In this document: piece by piece, positions 9,317-19,476 of the stretch
How the letters are laid out: each line of letters starts with the position of its first letter
How positions within the stretch are numbered: the first letter of the stretch is position 1
Virus record (IMG/VR): IMGVR_UViG_3300028567_000401
Span: 18,995-82,994 of that record
Origin: a virus
Taxonomy: Duplodnaviria; Caudoviricetes
Strand: one strand, 5' to 3'
Length of the DNA: 64,000 nucleotides
The notes under the pieces: generated by a model
What the model saw: the letters and a program-made list of their open reading frames with translations, nothing else
What the model was told of the DNA's origin: nothing
Databases searched by the model: none
Program-made: the position numbers and the translations under genes

Positions 9317-10330
9317 TTATTTTTTAAAGTTTATATATCGTCTATTTTTTTCTTTTCGAGTTAATCTAAGAAATGGATTTAAAAATTTTATCCAAGCATC
9401 ATCTGATTTCGGAAGTACATTAAATATACCATCATCTATCATCATTTTCATGGTATTTTTATATGATCTTCCTTCAGGATCTAATGTTTCATTTATCAAT
9501 TTAATTATATCTTCCTTAGCCTCTTCAGTTAAAATTGGATTTTCTAGATTTACTATTTTATTATTAATTTCATAAAATTCTTCACCAAAAACACCGTACC
9601 TTGTTACTCCTGTTAATAAGTTTTGTATAAGTTTATTATCTTTATCTTGTTCAAAAAGAAAATTGGCTTTATGTTTAATGTAATCAAGAGTAAGTGGTTG
9701 TGTTAATATTTCAGGAAAAAGAACCTTAAGTTTTTTAACACCTAAATTTCGTATTCCTGCTATATCATCTGAATGATCACCACACAACATTTTAACTAAT
9801 TTGATATTTTCAATAAGAAATTCTTCATAATTATACAAAAAAACATCTTTTGGCTTATAAAGTTTTTTGTGTGAAGGATTATATAAATGTGTATCTTTAG
9901 AAACAAGTTGCGTTAAATCACCATCTGATGAAAATATAATCTTTTTTTCATTTGGAGAATTTTGTACATAATATGCTATACAATCATCAGTTTCACAATA
10001 CATATATTCTCCTTGCCTGACATATACTTCTTCAAGATATTGTTTTATTCTATTTCTTTGGTAATTATATGAACTAATTTCTGATTCGGTCTTTAATCTC
10101 GATTTTCTATTTTCTTTATAACGACTATATATTTTTTTTCTTAATAATGATCCGTCTTCACCATCCCAAAATACACAAATTTTATCAAGATGATAATTTT
10201 CAAACAATATTCGAAGTGCATTTAAAAAATGGTATATACCACCAATATGCTCACCTTTATAAAAATAATTTTTTACACCATAAAACCCAATAGTGAGCAA
10301 ATTATCACCATCAACAACCAAAGTTGTCAT
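9317..10330 (-). CDS. 5'-3' exonuclease / flap endonuclease (T4 RNase H-like)
   Basis: LVVDGDNL, FWDG, ETDDCIA, SSDGDLTQL, GDHSDDIAGI...G.K motifs. Confidence 0.9.
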   Translation of the reverse strand: MTTLVVDGDNLLTIGFYGVKNYFYKGEHIGGIYHFLNALRILFENYHLDKICVFWDGEDGSLLRKKIYSRYKENRKSRLKTESEISSYNYQRNRIKQYLEEVYVRQGEYMYCETDDCIAYYVQNSPNEKKIIFSSDGDLTQLVSKDTHLYNPSHKKLYKPKDVFLYNYEEFLIENIKLVKMLCGDHSDDIAGIRNLGVKKLKVLFPEILTQPLTLDYIKHKANFLFEQDKDNKLIQNLLTGVTRYGVFGEEFYEINNKIVNLENPILTEEAKEDIIKLINETLDPEGRSYKNTMKMMIDDGIFNVLPKSDDAWIKFLNPFLRLTRKEKNRRYINFKK

Positions 10331-10349
10331 TATATCCCAATTTTTATTA

Positions 10350-11369
10350 TTACAATTCTTCTAGGATTTCTTTGCCAATTTCGGCATCGGCTATTTCATC
10401 TACAGACACACCTAATCCAGCACTAATATATTGAGCATATTTTTTCTTATATTCATCTAATGAAGATTTTTTATCAGCATCTGTTCTACATTTCATAAAA
10501 TCATGTGCAGTAATCATAATTTTACCATCTGCGTATCCTAATCCATTTATATGATTTTTAAGCACACTAACTTTTGTAATTGTCGCTATTTTTATAGTTC
10601 TTCCATTCTTAGTTATTGGAACTTTATAAATTCCGGCATTTTTTTCATTACCAAATAAGTAAACCAAGGTTGAATTTAACCAAATGGCTTCACCACCTTT
10701 AGCCTTAATTTTTGGCTGTCCATATATATTTTCTGGTAATTCTACCCAAGGTTGATTACATATAATCAATGTATTAGTATACTTTTCTTCTGATCTTCTA
10801 GATCCTGTAATTCTTTGATTTAATCCCATTCCTATTTTATCGGCTAAGACCGCGGCATTATGTTGCTTCCCACCCTTACCATCATATGTCATTTTACAAG
10901 GTATTGATCCAACAGAATCCCAGAAAAAACATATATCTTTATTTATTTCTCCCTTTATTTGTATATCTAATAATTCATTAATAAAATCAGTAACTTGTTC
11001 AATCCATTTAAAATCATTATTAAAAATAAAATTACCATAATAACTTATATTTCCGGTTGTTGAATCTATTTCTTCCTCATATTCTAATCCCATTAATTTT
11101 GCATGAGAAAAATCCCATTTTTGTTCTGTAACTATAAAAACCGGTAAAATATCTTTTCTTAAACAATCTATTGCTGTTTTAATTAATGCTGTTGTTTTTC
11201 CTGTATCTGAATGTCCAAGAAACATATTTATATGTCCCATAGCGGGTCCTGGAAGTCCCGTAGCATCTAAAAATGCATCACCCAAATCAAAAAATCTTTG
11301 AGGTTTATATGATGCAGTTGATGAATATTTTTTTAAAACTGCCGAAAAATCATTTTTCTTTATTGCCAT
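10350..11369 (-). CDS. recA: RecA/UvsX-like recombinase
   Basis: Walker A GHSDTGKTT, FFWDSVGS, IICNQ, KAKGGEA. Confidence 0.85.
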   Translation of the reverse strand: MAIKKNDFSAVLKKYSSTASYKPQRFFDLGDAFLDATGLPGPAMGHINMFLGHSDTGKTTALIKTAIDCLRKDILPVFIVTEQKWDFSHAKLMGLEYEEEIDSTTGNISYYGNFIFNNDFKWIEQVTDFINELLDIQIKGEINKDICFFWDSVGSIPCKMTYDGKGGKQHNAAVLADKIGMGLNQRITGSRRSEEKYTNTLIICNQPWVELPENIYGQPKIKAKGGEAIWLNSTLVYLFGNEKNAGIYKVPITKNGRTIKIATITKVSVLKNHINGLGYADGKIMITAHDFMKCRTDADKKSSLDEYKKKYAQYISAGLGVSVDEIADAEIGKEILEEL

Positions 11370-11522
11370 TTTATATATTTTATCTTTTATTCCACAAAAT
11401 TAAACAAGTTCCAAATTCTTGAAAAACATCACAAAAGAGGCAGGATCGAGATCAATAGTACCTATCACTTTTCTTGATGCATCTACAAATTGATATACCT
11501 ATCATAATAAAATTTTTAAAAT

Positions 11523-11545
11523 GCCCGTGTCTTTTGGACACGGGC
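11523..11545 (-). terminator. Rho-independent terminator after the ssb gene
   Basis: GCCCGTGTC-N5-GACACGGGC perfect 9-bp stem, followed on the minus strand by ATTTTAAAAATTTT. Confidence 0.75.
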
Positions 11546-11555
11546 TTATTTTATC

Positions 11556-12398
11556 TTAGAATGGAAGATCCTCATCAGAATCTTCTTCTTCTTGTGGGTC
11601 TTCTGATATATATTCAGATTGTTGCGCAACATCATCCATGGCTTCTATTTGCGAACTTGATATCCATTTATTAGTATTTTGATCCCATTTCGGTGTTTCT
11701 CCATTAGCAACAATATCTAAATAATCATCTGACTTTTTTGAATAAACATCGGACCATACTAACGAATCATCGATCCAACTTTTTAGTCGTTCTTCATTAG
11801 TAGATAAAGGACTCGGATCTTCAGGAATAATTGAACTAATCGTTGTATACTCTTTACCACTACCCGATTTAATAATACTTAACGAAAGTGTTAAATCTCT
11901 ACCATTAATGATATCAGTAATATCTCCTCTACTTTTAAATATGGGAAATATTTTGTCTAATACTCCATCACTTTTTGAATTATGTTTAAATCTCCAGAAT
12001 TTAGGACCATCATCCTCATGTTCTCTATCTATAACTTTTACAATATAATACTTACGAGCACGATAATTTTTTGCTAATTCTTTATCGGACTCAATACCTG
12101 TATCCAATAAACTTTGATAAACTTCATTTAATGGTGATCTTTTACCCTCCTGTTTTGGATCATAAAGTTTCATCCATTTTCCATCTACTTGTATTTCATG
12201 GAAATAAACCTCAACAAAAGGTGACGAACCATCTTTAGTCGGTAAAATACGAATTCTTCTTGTTTGATCTGTAACACCTTTTGGTAAAACTGTTGTAAAA
12301 TACTTCTTCATGCGCTCATCTTGTGATGCAAATTTGTTGCCGCTTGCGGCTTTTTTGTTTCTTTCGTACTGTTCTTGTACTGATTCAAATATACCCAT
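11556..12398 (-). CDS. Single-stranded DNA-binding protein (T4 gp32-like)
   Basis: RIRILP...PFVEVYFH, YIVKVIDR...GPKFW, DIINGRDLTL; acidic tail EEEDSDEDLPF. Confidence 0.85.
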   Translation of the reverse strand: MGIFESVQEQYERNKKAASGNKFASQDERMKKYFTTVLPKGVTDQTRRIRILPTKDGSSPFVEVYFHEIQVDGKWMKLYDPKQEGKRSPLNEVYQSLLDTGIESDKELAKNYRARKYYIVKVIDREHEDDGPKFWRFKHNSKSDGVLDKIFPIFKSRGDITDIINGRDLTLSLSIIKSGSGKEYTTISSIIPEDPSPLSTNEERLKSWIDDSLVWSDVYSKKSDDYLDIVANGETPKWDQNTNKWISSSQIEAMDDVAQQSEYISEDPQEEEDSDEDLPF

Positions 12399-12446
12399 AA
12401 TTGTAAAATTTTAATAAAAATGTTAATTAACAATCAAAATATACAT

Positions 12447-12474
12447 AAAAAAAGCCTGATTACCAAACCAGGCT
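12447..12474 (-). terminator. Rho-independent terminator separating the virion genes from ssb
   Basis: Minus strand AGCCTGGTT-TGGT-AATCAGGCT followed by a T run. Confidence 0.7.
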
Positions 12475-12512
12475 CTCCTTTTTTTATAATTTTTCAAAAT
12501 TATTTATCACAA

Positions 12513-13160
12513 TTAAAAGTTATAATCATTCTCAAAGGCTTTTGGATTAAAAGATTTCATAATTTCATACTTACCATAATTTTCAATATCATTTTTAGTT
12601 AATATATATTCATTTTTACCAGAAGCTCTCATTTCTTCCTGTTTATTATTAAAAAATTCACTTGGATTTTGACTAAATGGATACGAATCTAATGACCTCA
12701 ATTCTAGTTTTTCTACTGGCGTTTTTGGCCTAGTTTTTTCAATTTCACTACTTAATTGATCTATTTTTGCTATAACATTATCCATTTCCCCTAATTTTGT
12801 TTCTAATTCTCCTAACTTATTAAAAACATTATCCATTTTTTCAATTACGTCCACTTCTGCTTTTGGTTGAGTATCAAGTTGTTTTTTAATACTTTTAGTC
12901 ATATTAACTAAATCTGTGATATCTATTTCTTCAGTAGTATCATCTAATTCGGCCGCAGAACCAGTTGCAACTTCAGGAGGAGTTTCAGTATCTCCCGTCA
13001 TTTTGGGCATATTCATAGATCCACCTTCTGGAGATAAGTTAGAAATATCTCCTCCGGGTAGCGGTGGAATCGGAGCTTCTTGTTCAATTATATATTTTTC
13101 GGCATATCTGTTTATTGCCCAAAAACGTTTTACTTCTTCATTAATATTTTTCATTTTCAT
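12513..13160 (-). CDS. Hypothetical protein (Pro-rich linker, coiled coil), probably late/virion
   Basis: 215-aa ORF; N-terminal NINEEVKR...IIEQ. Confidence 0.75.
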   Translation of the reverse strand: MKMKNINEEVKRFWAINRYAEKYIIEQEAPIPPLPGGDISNLSPEGGSMNMPKMTGDTETPPEVATGSAAELDDTTEEIDITDLVNMTKSIKKQLDTQPKAEVDVIEKMDNVFNKLGELETKLGEMDNVIAKIDQLSSEIEKTRPKTPVEKLELRSLDSYPFSQNPSEFFNNKQEEMRASGKNEYILTKNDIENYGKYEIMKSFNPKAFENDYNF

Positions 13161-13173
13161 AATTAAAAATTTA

Positions 13174-13401
13174 TTAATCTTGTAATAATAATCTACCGTC
13201 TTCGGTTATATATTTTTTATTAACTCTTTCAATCAATCCATCCATTAACCTCAGGATATGACATTCACCTGTTTCAAGGTCACATATAGTTTCTTCCATA
13301 CCATCATCTGAAATTTTCTTAATAACGGTACTCTTTTTTAAAAAGTCTTCTACGGTACTCTTTTTTAAAAAGTCTTCTAATGTTTTACTTATATTATCCA
13401 T
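13174..13401 (-). CDS. Small hypothetical protein (CDLETGEC motif) with a 9-aa duplication
   Basis: 75-aa ORF preceded by TATTTATA (13415-13422). Confidence 0.7.
   Translation of the reverse strand: MDNISKTLEDFLKKSTVEDFLKKSTVIKKISDDGMEETICDLETGECHILRLMDGLIERVNKKYITEDGRLLLQD
13325..13378. repeat. Perfect 27-nt in-frame tandem duplication
   Basis: ACGGTACTCTTTTTTAAAAAGTCTTCT x2. Confidence 0.95.
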
Positions 13402-13427
13402 CTTTACATTTTTATATAAATATCATA

Positions 13428-16400
13428 TTATTTAGTTAAATTAAAATATACAATATCATCATTAAATAAATCTAATTTTTTCATTAAAGATTTTGATAAA
13501 GCAATACCATATCCTTCAATACTCGGACCAACATTAACTGGTCCAACATATGTTTTTGATGGACCATTTAAAAAATTTACCATTCTAAAATACTTATTAT
13601 TTTTAGGATTTAAAAATTCTGTATTTATATAACCCGCAGAATCTGTTAATATAATAAAACCATCTTTACTACGAGGTATTTTATTTAAATCAAATTTAGT
13701 TTCATATATATAATTAGATTTTAATGAATCATATATATCAGACCATTTTACGTTTCCAGATAATCTAGTTCCAGATGCAATACTCATACTACGATCTGGA
13801 GGAATTTTATATTTAGGCGAATCCATTTCAACAACTCTTGCCCTTAACCAAGTTTTTTTATTATACTCTATTTTCGTAATTTCAGGTTGGTTGCCCGCAC
13901 CATTAAATGGTATTCCATATGGCTCATATCCTCCATGTTTTTCAACCATAGTTTCACCAGGAAGAAGTTTACCATGTAAATCATACGTATTAACACCATT
14001 ATTTGTTATTGTTTGTTGCGTTTTAGTTGTTTCAGTAAGATTATGACCCTCTTTTACTATTCTTACTGCTTCTTTTATCACTTTATCAAATAATGGTCTA
14101 TAACTAGCCATAAATGAATCTTCTGGTTTAGGTAATGCCAATTGAGGTATTCTTGTACCTTTAAACATTGTTTCGATGCCTGTTGACCTAATATTATGAG
14201 TTACTTCAGTAATCCAATATGAACCTCTAAACATCGGAACATTTTTTAAATAAAAATACATAGTTGGCTGTATCATAACATTTCCCATAGATGTTACAGT
14301 ACATTGATATGATGCTTGCCTATATATATTCCACAATCCAATGTCTACTTGAGCAGTACTTGTTCCACCTTCACTGCGTCCTAATTGCTCATACACATAG
14401 AATGATTCTGAAGTATTTCTTATTGTAGATTGATCTAATTCTAATCCTTTAAAAATTGATTGATTTTGATCACCAAAACTTACTTCAAAAGCAACTACTT
14501 TATTTGATTTTGTAAAATCTGTAGATGCAAAAATATCGTCAGAAACAATAATGGGGTTATTATTAGTATCACCAATATCAAACCCATCATTATTAAACAA
14601 ATAATTTTTATTTTTATTTATAATATCTGACATTTCAGGATGTTTAGATGTTGGCCCAATATATTGTAATATTATTTTTGGTGTAGCTTCTTGATAATCC
14701 ACATCTAAAAATGAACCAAACATACTTCTAGCAATATCTCTAGATGGTGTAATTCGTAGAGCACTAGTAGCACTAGTTCCATAAAAATTAACATATGCAG
14801 GTAATGCTCTAATATCAAACCCAGTATCTTGAATTAATAAACTAATTGCGCTATATAAATTAATGCCAGCATTCTCACTTAATCCTAGTCTTATAAATTT
14901 AGATAAATCAATAAAAACTTTTTGTCCAATATCTTTATTAGCCCTATCCAAAAAAAGAAACTCTTCTATTAATAATCGTTGTCCAATAGAATTACCTGCT
15001 ATCCATTTATCATTAAAAGATTTGAAATAATTATATGTTTCTAATTTTAATGTTTGTTCATCATTGTGTCCTCTTAATATTGATGAACTTCGTTCTTCTA
15101 TTACATCACCATTAAGATTATGTTGAATTTTATGTATAAGATATGTTAAATAATTATTTAATCTTTGTGCTGGCGGTTTTACTCCTAGTGTTGATGGTGG
15201 ATTTATTATATTATTATTAACATAATTAATAAATTCATCATGTGATGGATTTTCTCCTTCAGCTCTTAATCCCGCATACATATATATTAATGGTCTAAAC
15301 TGTTTAATATTTTCTTCATTTAATTCAATATTATTAACTCTAAAAAAATCTTGATAATATCCATCCATATCTTCACCTAAATAAAGTTCAATATTACCAA
15401 GATTTGTTAGAATTTGCCCTATATTATATGAATTCAATGAAAAATGTTTAACATTAACACCAGTAAATCCTCCAAATAAATAATCATCATGTTCTCTCGG
15501 ATTTGAAATTGAAAGCTTAATTAGATTATCTTTCATCTGAAGTTGAGCTGTAATATCTGACAATTTATTTAATTGTTTAATTTTTAAACTTTTAAGTAAT
15601 TCTACATTATTTGTTTCATCTGTATTCTCTTTTTTTACTGATACTATAGCATTTAATAAATCTTGAAATCTTGTATATGAAACTTTGTATGGTGTATATG
15701 AAATATTTTCATTTAATTTCTCACTACAAAAATTTAAAAATGCAGATTCAAATACATCTAATATATCTGGTTTAAATGTTGCAATTAAATCAATAATTTT
15801 TTTATAATTTGACGAAATAGAAAATTCATTTTTTATTGTTCTAATATATTCTTTATAATTGGGAAATGAATAACGAGTATAATCAATATTTGTATCACCA
15901 ATAACAAAATCTGTTCCCACACCCCATATAACTCTAAAATTTTCCTGTTCTGCTAATATAAAATCAGTTGCATCCACAGGATTCATTCCATTAGTCGGTA
16001 ACAAAACATATCTTTGATCATTACTATCAAATTTAGATTCATCTATAACCGTTGACCATGTATTTGCTCCAACAGCAACTCCACTACAAGATCTAATCGT
16101 ACCGTTTGATACCGCATTAGAATAACTATTATCTGGTAAATCAATATTGTAAAAACCATATCCATTTACTATTTGATGAAAAATAGTTTCATAATATGGA
16201 TGAAACCCTATATCAGATGTAGTAGATTCACTTATAGATTTACCACCATATAATCCAGTAAATGTAACTCCTTGTTTATTATCAAAAAATAAATTTGATT
16301 CAATTCTATTTATTATACCATTAATAATATCAACGCCATCATTTATATATTTTTTATATCGATGATAAATTGAACCCCATTTTAATATTAAATAATATGG

Positions 16401-19163
16401 AATAAAATGTGTCGAGCCTAGTTCTCTAAACATTGTCGACATGACTGTTGGTGTACCGGGATTTGATTGCCAAGTTTCACTTTTATACACGATAGTATCG
16501 TCAAGATCTTTATATGGTAATGAATTTAAAAGTAAATAAGCTGATCCAGCATATTTTCCTGTAGATTCTAATTTAATAAAATCATTATATAATTGCCAAT
16601 GAAAATATGGTGTATTTAATATATGTTTTTTATGTCCATCAATATCAATTGTATTCATAAACATATTTGATGTAAATCCATCTTTAATCCACATTGCCGA
16701 ATCTATTGGAGATGAAATAAATGCAAATGGAGTATTAACTTGTATCATACCATTTAAATTCAAATCATTCTTATTATAACTTTTATATATTGGCGAATTA
16801 AATGGATATAATTTATTTCTATATTGTTCGGCTTTATAATTTTTTAAAAAGTTATTTACTTTTGTATAATCGCCATTACTACTTTTTGTATTTAAATCAG
16901 TCCTAAAAGATTCCATACTAAAATCATTTGTAAGACCATTTTGTATGTAGCCTGTTGACGGTAATTGATCTAAATAATATTGATATTTATTTGTTATAGT
17001 AGACATTTGTTTAATCAAATCATCATAATTAGAAACTTGTTTTTTTAATGTATTAATAACATCAACATCCCACATAATTTGATTTTCTAAATTAGAATAT
17101 TCAACATCGGCTAATTCATGTATTGCATCTGTACTAAATGGGCTTAACATTGTCGTTACCTTTGCCCTCTCATACATTTCATATAATATATTACTAATTG
17201 ACTTATCAGTATATGGTATTGTATTTAAAACATTACTAAATACACTTGTATCTTTAACAATTATATCAATATCTTCTGAACCATAAACAAAATGAACATT
17301 ATCTGGAGTACCTTCTTTACCCGCAAGATTGTCTTTTATTTTTGTTGATACCATATAAAAATTTTCAACAAATTCTACTTCTGGCCATAAATTACTATCC
17401 CATGATTTTAATTTCATTTCCATTTGTTTACTTCCCGGATAAATGACAACATTTTCTCTGTCGCCATGTGTTCCTAACTTTATTTCAGGCCATGGATAAA
17501 TGGTATCACCACCATCAGTTATAATTGATTGTTCATCCAATATCTTTTTTCTTTGTCTTGCATTTTCAAATGCTCTTTCATGAACATCTTTCATTAATCT
17601 AATATATGTTTCAGCATTTGCAAGAACAATTGCAATAACGTTTCTAATTGTTGGTTTAAATCCAAGTCCTGTGTCCTTAGATCCTTTAATAATTTCATTC
17701 ATCAATGTTTCAATATCAGTTTCTAATTTGTTTCTTTGTTCAATGAAATTTACCAACATTTTATTTATTTCATCTATTATAAAGTGTGTATTAACACCTA
17801 TTTTCCCATCTTGTTCTATATAAAAATCTTTTACATTTTTTACACTTGCACAAGATATTGTTTGAGTTTTATATTTTTTATTTTCTTTATTATTAGACGA
17901 GGCATCAATACCAAATGCAAAATTATTTTCTAACCTTTTTGTATATTCCTTCAAAATTTTCCCAAGAGAATCTAATTGATCTTTTTGATTCGATGAACTT
18001 GCCAAGAAATATTTCCATCGTATTAATTCTTCTTCATTTAAAATAGGATCTAATCTCGTTGCGGGAATCACATTCATAAAAGACGTTTGTGATAAATTAC
18101 TAATATCCCATGCATTAATTTTCTTTATAAATTCTATAATATCATTTTCATATTCTTTTACTGCCGCTAATGTTCTATAATCAACAAATTCGTCAAATAA
18201 CTTTTTTTCCATTATCTTATTAAGTCGTCCAGCCAAAACAATAATTTCTCTAAGTGTTTTTATTGGAAAATCTTTTGGTAGATAACCTTTACTAATATAT
18301 TCTTGATATACCGATTTTAATACTCGATATCCTTTTGTTGTTCTTTTTATTTCTTTCTCATATAATCCAGTAAGTTCATTATATTTTATATCTTCACTTG
18401 TTTCAGAAAAATAAAAATAAGGGGCATTTAATATTGTTTGTAATCCAATATCTGCTAAATATGCATATGTAGATCCCACAAAATTACAATCAATTTCAAA
18501 ATTACCATTTATAGAATCATACCTAGAATTAAATTTAATCAAATGTAATCTATATTTAATTGCTTTACCATAATATCCTTTTACTGTTAAATAAAATATT
18601 GGCCAAGGTATATGAAAAAATGCGGCATATGGAGAATCTTGTGGTGTTTCAAATAATGTTTTTCCTCTAACATCAATAAATCTAATATCAACTCTTGGTA
18701 TAAAATTGGCACCCATAACTTTTATTGATATATTATCAATTCCAAAAGTTTGTGCTGTTGGATCAATACCTTTACCTTCTTTAACTTCCGGAAAATATGT
18801 ATTAATACGACCATAAGTGGCTTCTGGCCCTCCAATATTAGTCAATGTCGTTGTTCGTTGATTATTACTAATAAATGATTCTGTCCATCTTGTGTCATAA
18901 TCGCTACCGTCAGCATTTTTCATAAAATTAATGGTGCCACTAGCTATTGATCTAATAGTACTTTTAAGATCATTTGCTATAAGTGTTGTTCGGGGAATTA
19001 AATCCGCTTCTAAATTAACATACATGACAAGATTCTCTAGCTCAACCATTCGTGGTTTAAGCACACCATTATCTATAACAGTATTTGGATCAATATAAAT
19101 AAGATTATTATGATCAACTTTAATTAATAACTCGTTTGTTGATTTTATATCACTATTCCCCAT
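13428..19163 (-). CDS. Giant baseplate hub protein (gp27/GpD-like), 1911 aa
   Basis: SYQCTVTSMGNVMIQPTMYFYLKNVPMFRGSYWITEVTHNI...TMFKGTR is a hub-fold C-terminal signature; follows the LysM/gp53-like gene. Confidence 0.65.
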   Translation of the reverse strand: MGNSDIKSTNELLIKVDHNNLIYIDPNTVIDNGVLKPRMVELENLVMYVNLEADLIPRTTLIANDLKSTIRSIASGTINFMKNADGSDYDTRWTESFISNNQRTTTLTNIGGPEATYGRINTYFPEVKEGKGIDPTAQTFGIDNISIKVMGANFIPRVDIRFIDVRGKTLFETPQDSPYAAFFHIPWPIFYLTVKGYYGKAIKYRLHLIKFNSRYDSINGNFEIDCNFVGSTYAYLADIGLQTILNAPYFYFSETSEDIKYNELTGLYEKEIKRTTKGYRVLKSVYQEYISKGYLPKDFPIKTLREIIVLAGRLNKIMEKKLFDEFVDYRTLAAVKEYENDIIEFIKKINAWDISNLSQTSFMNVIPATRLDPILNEEELIRWKYFLASSSNQKDQLDSLGKILKEYTKRLENNFAFGIDASSNNKENKKYKTQTISCASVKNVKDFYIEQDGKIGVNTHFIIDEINKMLVNFIEQRNKLETDIETLMNEIIKGSKDTGLGFKPTIRNVIAIVLANAETYIRLMKDVHERAFENARQRKKILDEQSIITDGGDTIYPWPEIKLGTHGDRENVVIYPGSKQMEMKLKSWDSNLWPEVEFVENFYMVSTKIKDNLAGKEGTPDNVHFVYGSEDIDIIVKDTSVFSNVLNTIPYTDKSISNILYEMYERAKVTTMLSPFSTDAIHELADVEYSNLENQIMWDVDVINTLKKQVSNYDDLIKQMSTITNKYQYYLDQLPSTGYIQNGLTNDFSMESFRTDLNTKSSNGDYTKVNNFLKNYKAEQYRNKLYPFNSPIYKSYNKNDLNLNGMIQVNTPFAFISSPIDSAMWIKDGFTSNMFMNTIDIDGHKKHILNTPYFHWQLYNDFIKLESTGKYAGSAYLLLNSLPYKDLDDTIVYKSETWQSNPGTPTVMSTMFRELGSTHFIPYYLILKWGSIYHRYKKYINDGVDIINGIINRIESNLFFDNKQGVTFTGLYGGKSISESTTSDIGFHPYYETIFHQIVNGYGFYNIDLPDNSYSNAVSNGTIRSCSGVAVGANTWSTVIDESKFDSNDQRYVLLPTNGMNPVDATDFILAEQENFRVIWGVGTDFVIGDTNIDYTRYSFPNYKEYIRTIKNEFSISSNYKKIIDLIATFKPDILDVFESAFLNFCSEKLNENISYTPYKVSYTRFQDLLNAIVSVKKENTDETNNVELLKSLKIKQLNKLSDITAQLQMKDNLIKLSISNPREHDDYLFGGFTGVNVKHFSLNSYNIGQILTNLGNIELYLGEDMDGYYQDFFRVNNIELNEENIKQFRPLIYMYAGLRAEGENPSHDEFINYVNNNIINPPSTLGVKPPAQRLNNYLTYLIHKIQHNLNGDVIEERSSSILRGHNDEQTLKLETYNYFKSFNDKWIAGNSIGQRLLIEEFLFLDRANKDIGQKVFIDLSKFIRLGLSENAGINLYSAISLLIQDTGFDIRALPAYVNFYGTSATSALRITPSRDIARSMFGSFLDVDYQEATPKIILQYIGPTSKHPEMSDIINKNKNYLFNNDGFDIGDTNNNPIIVSDDIFASTDFTKSNKVVAFEVSFGDQNQSIFKGLELDQSTIRNTSESFYVYEQLGRSEGGTSTAQVDIGLWNIYRQASYQCTVTSMGNVMIQPTMYFYLKNVPMFRGSYWITEVTHNIRSTGIETMFKGTRIPQLALPKPEDSFMASYRPLFDKVIKEAVRIVKEGHNLTETTKTQQTITNNGVNTYDLHGKLLPGETMVEKHGGYEPYGIPFNGAGNQPEITKIEYNKKTWLRARVVEMDSPKYKIPPDRSMSIASGTRLSGNVKWSDIYDSLKSNYIYETKFDLNKIPRSKDGFIILTDSAGYINTEFLNPKNNKYFRMVNFLNGPSKTYVGPVNVGPSIEGYGIALSKSLMKKLDLFNDDIVYFNLTK

Positions 19164-19476
19164 AATATAATTTATACAATTCTATACTTTTTTTATAATC
19201 TTGTAAAGATGAAATAAGAGGAAACGGTATTCTAAGTAAATAATGGTCTGGCATCATAAATTCGATACCACCAATCGCTGGATTCGCTTGTAATATTAAC
19301 CAGCCAAACAATGGTGAATTATAATATTCTTGTGATAACTTATCCAATCTATCTTTATTACGTCTAAATTGAATATACTTATCAGTAGATTTAATTGGAA
19401 TTTCAATACCAGGAACAATCCTAAACGTTCCTTCACTTTCAAAAAATTGATATCTGTCAAAATATTGATTATTCAT
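19153..19476 (-). CDS. Baseplate LysM / P2 gpX / gp53-like protein
   Basis: DRLDKLSQEYYNSPLFGWLILQANP...LRIP. Confidence 0.8.
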   Translation of the reverse strand: MNNQYFDRYQFFESEGTFRIVPGIEIPIKSTDKYIQFRRNKDRLDKLSQEYYNSPLFGWLILQANPAIGGIEFMMPDHYLLRIPFPLISSLQDYKKSIELYKLYYGE

